In this document: positions 1 to 14,400 of the stretch, one piece after another | Position numbering within the stretch: position 1 is the stretch's first letter | Layout of the letters: each line of letters begins with the position of its first letter | DNA from: Orbicella franksi | Taxonomy: Eukaryota | DNA: 64,000 nucleotides | NCBI GenBank assembly: GCA_964199315.1 | Contig: OZ116702.1 | Location: 9,858,001 to 9,922,000, forward strand | Direction: 5' to 3' | Notes under the pieces: generated by a model | What the model saw: only the letters and a program-made list of their open reading frames with translations | Told to the model about the DNA's origin: nothing | Database searches by the model: none | Made by a program: the position numbers and the translations under genes

Positions 1-164
1 AAAAGTTTATATGATATTGTTCATTAACTTCATTCCAAGGATTTTGAAAAGGGATACAGTGTTCTTAATAGGTATGTGAAGGGGGGGGGGGGGTGGAACC
101 TTTTTATAGTTCTTTGTTATAGTTTGCTAGCTTCTTTTTATGTAAAGTTCTTCGTTTTTTTCAC

Positions 165-250
165 GTAAAGCGCTTTCGAATATTTCATAGTATTAGCGCT
201 ATATAAATGTATAATTATTATTATTATTATTATTGTTATTATTATTATTA
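165..250 (+). mobile_element. LINE/SINE-type 3' tail with (ATT)n microsatellite
   Basis: gtaaagcgct...gcgctatataaat followed by (ATT)n at ~212-250; it interrupts a GC-tailed MITE-like fragment (40-360). Confidence 0.5.
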
Positions 251-1092
251 AGATGGGTACTTTTTCTGTAAAAAAATGGTATACGAAAGGGTAAAAGGGC
301 TAAACTTCGGCGCGGAGCCCCACCGTATAAAACTTTGTAGATTACTCTCGCCCCCCCTTTCGGATATCATCTTACTATCCATTGTGAGTGAAAGATTACT
401 TCTTTGGAATTTACAGATTGTGGCAAACGACACTGACATATTTATTGCTTTAATTTTAATAAATTGAGCTTTATTTCTACTCAGACAGTTTGGAAGCTTG
501 CTATGGTCTCTATAACTAAAAGGTAGCCCTCTCCGGATACAGAAGAGGAAAACGTCCAGTGTTAACTCCGAGAGCTTCATATCTAGCATAAGACTCCTTG
601 AAATGTTTCTCTTAACGCTACGAGTAATGCCTCAAAGATTTTTCTGACCCGAGAATATATTAGTGAAGTGTCCGATAGTCTTTTTTATAACCGTTATTTG
701 CATTATTAACAGATTTCCGTTAGAGCGTTGGAACCGAGACCCCTCGCTAACTAAGTTTTTTTGATAAAAAAGGAAATAACAAACTGTTCTAACTATGACT
801 AATAAAGGCATCCGCGGCACAAATTTCAAACCTTTTTATTAAAGTTAACTAAGCCAATAATGACAAGCTCGTCGGCCACTTGGGAAACAAGTAGGAGCCT
901 GGAACCGATAATCATAGCACGCGATTGAACATCTAGGAAATGGCACGCAGCAAAAAAGACAGCTGCCAAAATTCAGAAAAGTGGCTAGTTGCTATGCGAG
1001 ATAATATTCATAAGTTAATAGCCGACTACTTCCTAAAAGCTTTCTATAGCAAACAACTTAGCAAAAGAACGCTTATATTTTTGTTACTCATA

Positions 1093-1172
1093 TTTATTCT
1101 ACATCACAGATGTACACATTTTCACAAACACCTCCATATTGTTTCACGATCGATTTCTTTGGAAGCGCCCAC
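1093..1172 (-). CDS. Candidate terminal exon (RGRFQRNRS*, stop 1144-1146) with AATAAA at 1093-1098
   Basis: Strong polypyrimidine acceptor tttttcccctttag, phase-1 compatible, polyA signal about 45 nt after the stop. Confidence 0.5.
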
Positions 1173-4100
1173 CTAAAGGGGAAAAATATAGAAAGTTTAA
1201 GTATTGTATGCTCGCAACTTTTTTGCTCACCATATATTTCATCTAACAATTGGTCTTTGTCTTCACCTATCCTTTCCCTTCCCCATACACAACACAGTGT
1301 CGATTTCTTTTCTATTCAACTTTGCCACAATATGTCAACATTAGTCTGGCGAAGGGGATTCGAAAATGGAATATTTAATTAACCATTCAAAAATATCTAT
1401 CTATGGGTGTTTTTAACACTACTTAGTGTAGTATCTTTATAACTTACGTGTGGGAAAACAGAACGCTTCAGTAAGCTTCTGGTTATCCAATAATCGTGTT
1501 AAGTCCTCAAATGACTCGACAAGGAAGAGATCATCTACTGGGTTCTGCACTATGGCCCTCAACTCGTCTTTATCGACATCATCACCGATACCAACAACAA
1601 TAACCTGTGAGAGTAACGTTTATTTAGCTCAGAGCTTGGGACCATTTGTTTCGTGCAACATAATATATAAATAAATGAGCTTTGTTCAACGAGGAGAGCA
1701 GTCTTACGAGTGACAAACACGTGGTAATCGGACAACGAGTCGACTTACACAGGGGTTTGGTCCATGAAGGGAAGAAACAGAGAACATTTATCACATCATA
1801 TCATAGAACGTTGGTGAAGGGCTGAGGAGAGGTGGGCAGATGGGGTGGAAATACACCAAAGTGGTTTAGATGGTTGTGTTTTCCTGGAAATACAAGCATA
1901 TGAATGATGAATAGGGCAGGTACAACCGTTATAGACTTATCCAACAGTATTCCCCTTATTCCCATTAAATCCATTAATCGAGGCAGACCCTTTGTCCTGT
2001 GTTTTTCGGAGGCTAAAAAGAACACGCTGAATTATAATTTTGTACATAACTACCTTAATGCTCTGATCACGCAACGGTCGCACGGCGTCCACCAACTCAA
2101 TCGCCCCAGGATCGTTTGATTGACGGCCATCAGTTATCAACAACAACACCTGAGGTACAAGGCTTTGACGTCCTTCGGGAAACAAGTTGTTGGCAGCCGT
2201 CTCTAGAGCGCTGTCTATGCGAGTGCGACCGCGAAAATATGGCACGCCATCCACTGCTGCAGTAAAGGAGAAAAGGTCGGTACTTCTAAGCGTGCCAAAT
2301 CTGATGGACATGATTGGTACATCGCTGAAAACAATAAGACCTAGTTGGACGTTTCGAGGCCCAACGGTGAGTTTACTGGCTAATCCCTTAATGAAATTCC
2401 TCTGTTTTTGGTAGTTGCCATCTCGTATGGAACCGGAGGAATCCATTGCGATGCCCAGGTCAAAGGCTTCGGCGCATGTAGAACCGGTTGGAGCGCCTGT
2501 TGTAAATGGAATGGTGGGTCCTGTGGAAACAACACAGTGGCACTTTATATAAGTATTATTTAGGACTAAGCTGCGGGATTCGCGTTTAAGAACCTAATAG
2601 AGAAGATACTCATGAAAAGGAAATTCTCAGGGTTTTTTTTTTCAGATGCACATTAGTAATGTCGAACAGTGTAATGCGTTCGTTACATTTTCGCACAAAC
2701 TGTGTGGTAAAACGCATTTCCGTACATTCGTTTGTTTTGTTTATTCGCATTAACAACCACCACTTACGTATGGTTTGCCGTCTGTGTGCGAATCAGGCCC
2801 AAAACAGAAATCTCTCGCCTAGCTGCTCATTTGCAATCAGAGTTGAGATTTGAAAACGCGCGATTACCGGCATGGCATGGGGACAGCAGTAGTACTCAGC
2901 TCCCAGTGGCATGGATACCTTTGTCCTTTCCCTTAGCCAGGAAAGTAAGGTTTACTTTTTCGGTCCAAACATCGCCTTAGAGTGTTCTTGAGCTCAAAGC
3001 ATTTTTCTGCAGGACTAAACGGCAACTTAAGCCTTGCTAAAGAGGTGGTAAGAGCAAGGGAAGGCTAAAGGCAGGCCCTTTCTTGTTGTTGTCATTAGGT
3101 GATAGCTGAAAGCTGAAACGACATTGATCGCATTGCCAATACTGGCTCTAACTGAGCAATAAGAAAAAACACCTCTTGGGGTATTTACATTTATACGACG
3201 AGAGTTTGTACTCGTATTGCCCTAATAACCAGATGTAGCCATAACAACTACAACAACAATAACAACGGTAGCAATTACCGGTTACTTCACCCACAGACGG
3301 TAGACATGTAAGCCGACAGCCGTCAAAACAGCAAAGGAAACCGGAGGAACACTGTTCGTCAGACAGGCAAGTGTGGTTGTAGGTAAAACAGGAGCCACCA
3401 GAAGGATCGGATATCTCTGGACACTGACCAATGGGACTAACCGTCGTTGATATTCCTGTAGCAAAAACACAATAGCTGCTTATTAAATGGTGTAGTTGTA
3501 TTCTGATAGCCGGTCATTCCTCCTCCCTTGCTGGGAATGGTCGGTTACAAAGGAAACAGTACTTTTACCTCTTTCCTATATTTAACTGCAATCCTCTCTA
3601 CAGGTTGTTTGGATAACCTTGACTATGAACAAGAAGAGCTCGCAATATGTTGCAATCTGCGCACACTACATTCATGTAGTTAGACCATATCCGACCGGTC
3701 TTGACACGTAGGTCTTTTCTCCTGTTTCTTTAGCAGTAACCACGGGGAGTATGCGTATTGCACCATTATAATGCTATATCGCGACATGGGACGCATAAGA
3801 CCTTCTGTCAAAGATATGGTTGCCATTGAAAGAGAAGGTTCTAAGTAAAATTAAATGCAGTGCCAAATCGTTTCCAATGAGTTCAATTCCAGATAGAGTC
3901 GCAGAGTTTGGCAAAAGTTATTGCCGGTTAAGGTCAGCGTGGGCACTTTCTGCACCACCCCCTCCCCGACCCAGTATGAATTAGAGTTAAGAGGGGATTC
4001 CTGACCTCGGGCTCTGATGTTTGCGTTCGACGCAAAATAAACTCGATAAGTAAATCGTGTGCCATCATTTGTGCCGAGAGACAAAAGAGCGAATTCTTTC

Positions 4101-4952
4101 ATATGCGCACTTCCTTCGGCATTCACTTTCTGCACTATGGCATTCTCACCTGACGGATAATAATGACTGCTTTGGAATTAAAATGAAAACTTTCTAGTTC
4201 ACAAATACAGCATAAACACCTGCTTCCACTCCAAAATAACTCAAGATGAGCCGAAACAATGGATGTGATTTAATTTTCAAATGCAAATAAAGAGGCAGTT
4301 GGCATAGCAATCTTCAAAACTAGCGAGTAATCACCATGTAAAAAGCAGGAGATGATTATTGTTACCGCGCATCTTTTACTAAGTAGGATGACTGGCAATT
4401 CACCTACAGTTGGAAATGTTGGTCATTGTAACAGTTGGAAATGAAAATTACGAATAAAGCTATTCAAAAATAACTTCCTTAAAAAACTGCAGGTATGAAT
4501 ATCTTGAAATGATACAGCAATCTCCTTCTAAAATGTACAAATTCTAAAATTGCTAATCTGTTAGACTTTAAAGAGAAAAATGACATTATCATAATCAACA
4601 ACAACGACAACAACACGATTTACAATAACAGCAACATCAACGGCAACGAAAGAGAGAACAGAAATATTAACAACAGTGGCAGAAAGTGCATCATTAACAT
4701 GAATAACAATAGCGTCAACAGCAACAACAACAACAACAAAACAGCGACAAAAAAAAAAAAGCAACAGCAGCAGCGGTAGTTCAGCGACAGCGAAGGTGGA
4801 ACAACAACCACCACAACAACAACAATAAACGGAAAAAAAGCAACAATAAAAACAGCGACCACAACATTAGCAACAACCGCAACAACAACAAAAGCACCAA
4901 TGATAAACTTTATCATCATCAGTCCTTGTCGCGTCATGGGACGCGTGAGATT

Positions 4953-4996
<44 letters not shown>

Positions 4997-5415
4997 GAGA
5001 GTTTGGCTATTATATTTTATTCTGAGAATGTCGAAACGAAGGAAATCACTGTAAAACTACTAAAGATAATTGAACATACTTTCAGGAACAAAACTTACAG
5101 TAAACCAATAACATTTCGCCTCACCATGCAATATTAATTTTTACGATAACTGCAGAAATTCTCGCGCGCTCGTTGCCTAATCTTTATTGTCAATAAGTGG
5201 ACAGACACACGAATTTATAATTTATGCGATGCGTCAATGAGCTTTCTCCAGCGAGTCTGCGGATCCACTCGGCTATCGCCTCGTGGATCCACAGCTACTT
5301 TGAAAATGTTATGACGAAATTCATGATCAATAACAGGACAGACACAGACAAACTGACGTCAATTTGTTAAAGTTTCGATGGCATCGAAAATGGTGGAGGC
5401 TGGCTAGGGTCCTGT

Positions 5416-5462
<47 letters not shown>

Positions 5463-8400
5463 AAACCTTTATTAACGTGTCTGGGGTATTTAGCATTGCT
5501 GCTAATTGGGGACACAATTAGCAGCAATGCTAATTGTGTCCCCTAACAATAAACTCACCTGGATTGACACATGCAGAAGCAGCCACATCACGACTAGCCT
5601 TTCTCAAGCCCTCGAATGATTGGACAGTAAAAACATATGAAGAATCTTTCGCAATCAAACGAAGTTCATACTGGGATATTTCAGGTCCGATTCCAACCAC
5701 CAACACACGCGCGCCCTGACGGTGAATAGGGTCGGCGGCGACATCGAGATCAACTGCATCTGGATCACGTGTTTGACGTCCATCAGTCATGACGATCACC
5801 ACACTCGGGAAGCCTGGTCTGTAAAGAATGATAAAAATAATGACAAAAATGTTTGTTCAAAGCTTTAAAATGTGCACAAAAATTCTCCCAAATCGTGGGA
5901 TAAAGTATAGAAACAAATAAATGCAGAAGAAACTTCCTGGGAGAATTTCCATTCATTTTCCGTTCATGTCGGGACAATTAGCGTTTCACTTGGGAACAAC
6001 AACCAATCCAAGATAGTAAACCGATGTCCAAAGTTCTTTTTCGTCGGCACAACTCTACGAGAAGTGTGGAATTTATTAGATGTACGTAGCAATGCCTTGT
6101 TTAGTCTTGTCTACATAAACTTACGAAATTAAGGTGGAAAACCGCACCTGGCCTGCTGTAGTACTCGAGAGGTCATAGTAAGCGCCTTGTCAATTCTCGT
6201 TCGCTTCTGAAGGTAGGGCAACTCGTCGACTGCCAACAGGAAGTTATCCAAGTTATTGTACTGGTCAAAAGTAATCTTCAGCTGCGTATCGTCGCTGTAG
6301 ATGATCACTGCTGCTCGACTTCCCGCTCCAACATTAAAAATGGAGGCGAGTCTCTTGACAAAGTTTTTCCCTTGCTGATACTGTGGCGCGTCGATACTCC
6401 GCGAAGAGTCCATCACGAAGACAATATCCAAAAGCTGGTCACACTTCGGGTCGGGTTCGCTAGGAGTCGTACTGACTGACGAATGTGTTGTGGAAGACTG
6501 CGTCGTTGGTATTGGTGAAGTTGTTCCGGTGGTTGGTTCTCTTGGTGTTGTGCTTGCAGTGGTTGCTTCTCTTGGTGTTGTGCCAATGAGACCTGGTGGT
6601 TCTTTTAAGTAATTGTATAAAACAATATCACTATGAATTCTAAGTTACGTGAATAAACGCTAATAGAGTCTACCTTTTAAGCGACGGATTACTGAAGGGG
6701 AAGAATGTCAGTAGCTCATTGGGAGATGATAGCTTATGTCACAGAATGTAGATGATTCTTGTTCAACTTCGTTTATTTGTTGATGGATTAGGAAAAAAGA
6801 GCTAACTGGATTATTCTAATTACAGAGTTAATATGAAAGGCATCGGCTTTCTGTTATATTATGTCATTAAATAGCTAATCGAGAGAATCAAGGGGAAGCC
6901 TAGGTTGCTGATAAATCCACGACGTTTCGTTTTTAGGTAAAGAACAAATGACACTGAAATCGCTTTTGGTATTGACCGTTGATTTTAACAATTTCACTAA
7001 AATCCTTGCAGAGGTATTGTTCCTTCATATTTAACCTTGGTTTTTTTTGTTTACTTACGTGGGCAGACGGCTTCCAGAAGCTTATCAGACTTGTCCAGTA
7101 ATTCCTGAAACGAGCTCATCTTGAAAACATCCTCCTGACTGGTAACCAATTCCTCCAACTCACTCCGGTTCACCCTGGGTCCCACGCCCACCGCGAGAAC
7201 GCGTACCCCCTTTGAACGCAGAGGTACCACAGCCTTACCAAGAGGCTCGACATTAGGTTCGGGTGTTTGCACCCCGTCGGTCATCACCACAGCAATCGAG
7301 ATCACAGAAGGACGCCGATTCAAAAACAGAGAATCCGCAGCATAGCGAAGGGCAAGATCTATCCTTGTCTTACTACGTCTGTGTGACAGGGCTTCCACCT
7401 CAGACTGAAAGGTGTCCAAGGAACTTTGACTTCTGAAGTCAATGCTTAGTTCTGGTCTACCGCTATACATGATGACACCAGCTCGGCTTTTTCGCGAGGC
7501 TTTTAAGAATTTTCGAGCTATCTCCTTCACGGCCTTCTTTTCCCGTTCAAAATCTTCGTCGGTGATACTTTCCGACGAGTCCATTAGGAAGGCAACGTCA
7601 ACCCCTTGGACGCATGACGGTTCTAGAAAAAAAATAAACATGAGAAAATGTAGACTAGTGAAATCAGGAATCCAGAGGGAATTCCAGTTATACATGTATT
7701 CATGTAGGTATTGTGACAGAGAAGAAAATAATCAACTAAAAACATTGCTTTTTGTTATCTCTAACAGAGTACTACCACAAGAATAATTATGGATTGCCCG
7801 TTTATCTAAACTACGGAAAAATGGGCAACCTGTGTACAGAACGTCAACTACATAGGAAAGGGTATAGGACGCTAAAGAAAGATTTAGCAATAATCTTGTC
7901 ACTGTCAAAGCGAAAGTCTTTTTTAATAACCAGCTTGGCACTTCTGACGAGCTGGCTTAAATCTGGAATGAGACGAGTCTGCCGTGCAGAGGTTGAACAG
8001 TTGTAGGGTTGCACGTTTTAGAACTTTCAAAAGTGGTCATTGCTGTAAGTCTTTGTTTATCAAATATGGGAGTGAGGCAGAATGAGAGCTGGCCTTTCAT
8101 TGACCCAATGATGCAATGATGTCAGAGCGCGGGCATTTCGCACATACTGGCCTTATATTTTTCAAAAAGCACAGCCTAATCCCCTAGCTCCAGTGCCTAC
8201 AATTTAACAGTACTATTTGTAGATTGTAAACAATTACTGGATGAGGTTTTTGTGATAACCCTTACCGAGACCTTGATTATTCTGAATGCCACAAAAACCG
8301 AATCTAATAATTATTTTATTATACATTGAACAGAAAAAAAACTGGAAGCCATGTTTGTGCTTCTTCACTGACGGCAAGCAACACAAAGCGCGCGACCTTG

Positions 8401-11400
8401 ACAAGAGTAACCTTAGAAGTCATGCAACGCGGTCATACATGACATGATTACCCGTGACCTTGAGTGTCCCTGACATGATTATTGTATAAGCTGCAGCTAG
8501 ATGACGTCACAGGCGCTGATTTCGAAACTTCACTGTATGCTTTCGGCCAATAAGAAAAAGAGATAGTGACTTCAACGTAAATAATGTAGGTAAAGAAATA
8601 AATTCGAGTGCAATTTGGATAAATAAGTAAATTATTCAAAGACTAAAAACAATCACGAGCCCATGGGGGGAGTGTGAAAAATATTTCAAATGTATTCCAA
8701 ATTGCGCGAGAAAAATCATTTGATTACTTGTATAACATGCATACAATTTTAAAATTCGTGTAGTCAATTTTAATTTTTATGCACTCAATTTTAACTTTAT
8801 GCACTGTTTGTATTAATTGACCTGCTCTCAGCCAATCACCATGCTAGAACTTTTGCATTTACATTGTTAAGATATGATTAACTGTGACTGTAAACCCTGT
8901 GTGCAACTTGACCTTGTCTGGGCCCTTTATTCGACTTAATCAAAGACCTCACCAGCTTACGCACCATTGTGCCAACTAAGATCTAGTTACGCCTACCAGC
9001 TTTCTTCCTGCACAACCGTCGACACCCGTCAAAGCAGCACTTGTAACCATCATCCTCATCGCAGTTAGAATCACATGTACATTCATCTTGAACTGAGCTT
9101 GGACATTTTTTATTTGGCGAATACGGTGGACACCTTCCTTTGAAGGGATCTTCAATTTAAAGAAGAGAACAGATATGATTTAATCTCGAAAATGTTGAAA
9201 ACTGAAAAACTTATGGAAGTGTTTCTCGTTGAGATTTTCCATAGTGCTTACTTACCAGGCGGTGGGGTGTAGTCGGTTGAGACGCAGATCTTCCCACAGC
9301 CGTTGTTACAGCATTTGAGGTCTCCACTGCAATCAGTATCATAGTTGCACTCTTTTGGTCGAGAAGAACATGACGATGGCCGTGGAAGGTAAGGACAAGA
9401 CCCTGCTTTATTAAGCTGCACCACTGTGCAAACGGAAAAAAGACAAAAGAAGAATTGATATATGGGAACGTTCTAACAAAGGGCTCCGCTCCACTGCACA
9501 GCATCAGTTTCTTTGCTCATTTTGGTAATGAGGAGAACAATGTCGCTAGATGAAAAGTTGGTCTTGTTTTCGAAAAGAGTGATTGGTTCTGATCTGACCG
9601 TGAAAACGTAAAAAGGTCGAAATAAGTAAAGTAGTAAAAAGTCACAGTGTGACAGTATTATAGGGAAACATTTCAGGAAGATAACTAAAGAGAAATCAAT
9701 TATTCATCAATTATTCGTCCGTCTGTCATTTTGTCTGTCTTTTTGCCTTTCTGTCTGTCTGTTCCTCTCTGTGTTCTTGTCTGCCCGGTTACGAACGCTT
9801 GTTTCTTCTGAGTATTTAGGAGATACTCAAAATAACGGAAGCGAATTAAACACCAAGAAATACATGTATTCACGTGATGTCCTCTGCTTGTCAGGGCCGT
9901 AGCCAGAAAAAGAAAACGTGACTGACGCAATCCCCACGACACATTTGAATAGTGCTCTTAGTTGTTTATCTTGGTCTAGCATCACTTAATCTGAGCGTAT
10001 GTTAGACACAAGCTTGTCCTCTTACTCTTTGTACAGGCCAAAAATCCACAAGAGTGTTTGCAGCACTTTTCATCCGCGGGGCACTGGCGGTCGTGTTCAC
10101 ACAGGTGATCGTTGGGACAGGGTGTGGTGTATTTTGTAGGACAAGCGCCAGGCTTTTTTGGTGTTGGTTTTGGCAGGGCTGAAAAATAAATAGCGGATAA
10201 TAAATCCAGATCATGAAGCTAAATATGATCTCTTGGATCTGATGCTGTCCTGGGCATTTCTCTAGGTTTAACCAAAGGATGGAGTAAGTGTGTTGGGACA
10301 AAACAGAAACAACAACGATAACATCAATAACAACAAACTGAAAAAGTAAACAAGCCAATCAACACAACAAACGGAACAATTTACCTCAAACGACAAATGA
10401 TTATTTCATTCATCTCGTTTAAACTAAGACCACACTAAAGTAGAAAGTTTAGTTTCTCGTAGATGGCATAAGGAGACGTATTGCGTGCAGAAATACGAAT
10501 TTAATAAAGGATTATTTTTTCAGTGGAACGTTGTGCCAGAGGCGTTTCATTGATTGTAAGGGTTCACAAGTGGCCAGATTTTGGAAACATTTTGTCTCGG
10601 ACTTGAGGCAAGGCTGATCTCAGAGTTCTCGACAATTTCATCTCTAAAAGAAGGCCCATATTCCTCCGATCACCAAAATGAGCAGATTCCTTGTCAATGA
10701 AACCATGTAACTGAAACGTTTACTTACATGTTGTTGTAGATAGTAGAGGTGTCGCAGCTGTGGTTATTGGTTCGGGGGTGGTTACAGCTCCGGTTGTGGC
10801 TGGTATGGTTGGTGTGGTAACATCCGTCATCACAGTGGTGGAAGGCTAAATGCAGCAAATAGACACTATGTTATTTTACATACCGGACTGATTCTATTTA
10901 GCTATTCTATTTAGTACATTGCGATCATCTGTTTTTCGTCGTCCTGAACTGTACATTCTTTTCCCATCACAAAAAAAAAGGTCTTTTAAGTATATCTGTT
11001 GATATTTTAAAGCGAGAGCACTATTTCCTTTACTAAACTGGGATCTCTGTTCCGGTTTACATAATCAGATGATCATATCAATAAGTGACTATTTTTCAGT
11101 TCCCAAAATAAAATAAGCTCTCCATCAAATCCCTGTGGCAGTCGAAAACAGGTAACTAAATATAAATTGCCTGTCAGAGATTTAGGCCCAGAATGTACCA
11201 TATCCGAAAAAGAAACTAAACACATGGCTAAAAGTAGTTTTCACTTCTTACCGTGTCCAAATTCGCAATTAACTAATCCGAGGCCTTGTTTAATGTCCTG
11301 ATATCGTGTGATATCAAGTGACAGACCTGATACGGACAGATGGCCAAATTCGGATACAGTGAATAAAAGTACTGAAATAAAAGTCATTGGTAGCGTATTT

Positions 11401-14400
11401 GCGTACACTGAATGTGGAAACTTCTTTTTCCGCAGTCTAAAAGAGAATGGGAAACAAAAGAAAAAAAAAACCGCTATATATATATTAAGAACAAAAACCA
11501 AAACAAACCTCTGTTGCCGTGGTTGCAGCAGTGGTAGATGGAACTGTCTCTGCGAAAAGGAGCACAAAATATAATCTTAGTCATCTGAACTACTTTCTTG
11601 GTTAGATATTTATCGACCTTCGACTATAATTACTGCATGTTTCTTTGTTACAACTTTGTATTTCTCAAATCTACGACTGGTTCACTATACTCTTGCAAAG
11701 TCTTTCCTCGATTGGTGCCGGTTGTTAGATGGGTAGGTAGGTATTCTTTATTTATCCACGGTTTCAATTCACATAACGTGCTCTTCCATCGAGCCGTGCA
11801 TACTTACCTAATTAAATTATCTAATGTAACTAAATTAATTATTTTCACAGAATTAGACTAAAAACTATTAAAAAACTATCCTATATAATCATTAGCTATA
11901 GTTAAATTTAATTCTAATTATATAAATGATTAAAAAAAAAAAAACTAAGAGTGGGCTGTATCTTAGCACTCAAAGGCAAACTGTTCCAGAGAACAGAATC
12001 GCGATATTGAAAACTCCTTTTGCCTGCTTCAGTATTCGGTCTAGGAACGAAAAGGTTACATTTTGAATTTCTTAGATTATGTGAGTGAACACTGGATGTA
12101 GACTTAAAAACACTATTCAAACTAGTCGGAGAAAGATCATGGAGAGCCTTAAACAGAATAATTGTGAGTTGCTTAGAACGCATTTTTAACCTGATGTCAT
12201 TTATACAGGGACCCTATGGATACCAGCCATGAGCTGAACGGGCTACCCTCTTTAAATAAAGTTTTACTTTTCTTTACTAACGCCTTCGCTCCAAAGAATC
12301 CCAGCCGAGGTCACCGTGTAAAGTGGAAGATCTTTTATTTAAGTCAGAGAAAGTAATTAAACGTGCAGCCCTATTTTGTAGTTTTTGGAGTCTCTCATAC
12401 TGACACACACCTTTTCGGCAGTGTCACGCATCGTATGAATTTTTTGCTACAACTTTTCGGCAGTGTTACGTATCGCATGAGTTTTTTGCGCATTCCTACT
12501 GAATTTGACACAAACCTATGCTGTCCCAGGCAGAGCTACACTAATCAAAGTATGGTTGGTATAGATCTTATAGATGACATAGCTCTTTCTATTGGGCTCC
12601 TTATGGTGCTCATACCCTTGTACATATTTTCCCTTTTTCGTACGGTCCTTTTCGACGCCCGAACACAAGGGGACAAATTAAATATGTCTCAAACTCACGT
12701 GCTAAAATGTTCGAAGCAATTGAAGGAACGTAGCTCATCACATCAGCAAACGCCTTCGGCGTGTACATGTCCTCAGGTCGAACAACCAGTCTTTGAAGGT
12801 TCGGAAAATCGGCCTCGTTTCCAACAGCTATGACGTACACAGCCTTGCCTTCCTGTCGAATGATACCGGCTAACGAATCAATGGGCCCTCTATTTGGCGG
12901 ATCTTTGTTGGTAATCACGATGATTATTTTAGGTACGTCGGGCCGATTAGTTGAGAAGCCTCTCGTAGCAAATGCTAGAGCGAAATCTAGTCGGCTGCTG
13001 GAACCGCCAAGGTACCGAAGATTGGTGACAGCTTCCGAAAAACTACCAAGTTCTCTATAACTTCCCATGCGAATCGGTGTTTCAAGGAAGGAATCAAATA
13101 TGATGACTGAAGATTGTGTATGATCGGGGCTGTGGTTTAACACGCGCGCCAAAGATTTGACAAAATCTTTCTCTGTCTGATAGTTGTCTAATCCAACAAA
13201 AGAGGACGAATCCACGACATAGATCACTTCAGCTTTGTAATCCTTTGGTGCACTAGTATCTAACAGGTAAGAAAGTAAAGCAACAATAACAGTCAATTAT
13301 TAAATGTTCGGCGCACTTGGCGTACTTGTTTTGTTTTTTGTTTTTTGTTTTTGCACTTGTTAAAATGGAAGTCTGCGTTCGTGACTCACTAGGCAGGCGC
13401 TTATTTCCCATTTCAGTTCCAAAAAGCAACCACGAGTATATGGCTTCCAATGGACGAGATGTAGTCCATCGCAAGGTTACCCCCGGCATTTCATTTGCCA
13501 CAACCCATTTAATAACCTTCGGTTGTCCAAAAGAAGGGTTAATGCAACAGTCATGTTAAATCGTCTAAAACGCAGTTTAAATTTTATCCGAAGGTTAGTT
13601 CTGTTGTTAGATTTGAATAATATAGCTACATGTAGGTGGGTTAAGGTGCTACTATCTTCGGGCTAAAATCAATCGAAATGGCGAGCTTGATGATTATGGA
13701 CCAGAGAGACGAGAAATAATGATAAAAAGGAAGTCACTGGAAAATCACGTCACTCAACCGTCGACATAACCATGCCTTGCTGATGGTGTTTTGTTGCTGC
13801 AAAATGGAGATTTTCCATTTCACTCGAACTTCTCATTGTTTTACTACGCGATTTATACCACGGGTTAAATATCATGCGGTCTAAATATCTAACCTCCAGT
13901 TAATCAACCCAACGTGAGTTTCACTAATTTTTCCGACACCTATGCTTTTTTGCACTGACCTTCAATCAGAATTAACCGGAGGTTAACTGAAGTCCTAATC
14001 GCATGATTGTAATTGGCTTACCAGTTCTGGAAACGACATAATACGCAATGGGTTGCACGTAGGAATTTAAGTCGCTTGAGGATGGAATCTCGAAAAAGTC
14101 ACTCCGTCTTTCCACAACCGGCTGCAACTGCGGATCATTATCATCGACATCTACACCAATGATATACAAGACAGCACGCATGTCCCTGACACTTTTTGCC
14201 ATCTCCCGAAGTCGCTGGGATCCAAGCTCGCGCGCCTGCTGTCCGTACGTTATAAGGAAGAGCACTCGAGGAACGTCGGGGCGCGCACTAGTAAGCAGTC
14301 GTTGTGTTTGCTGAAGAGCTTCCTGAATATTTCTCCTACCTCCAGTAAGGGTCACGGAGTCTACGATATCCTCAAAGCTTTTGCCCATAAGATAATCAAA

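Noticed and set aside
4146-4200. Strong donor CAG|GTGAGA on the minus strand
   Set aside because: No upstream acceptor yields an open phase 1-1 exon
4561-5527. Poly-Val/Leu/Cys ORFs
   Set aside because: Translations of (CAA)n microsatellites
7750-8045. Possible decayed coding or retroelement fragment
   Set aside because: Stops in all frames and no motif I can assign
11252-11297. Possible exon DIKQGLGLVNCEFGH with GTAAGA donor
   Set aside because: Phase 0-1 would conflict with the following phase-0 linker exon; no domain similarity
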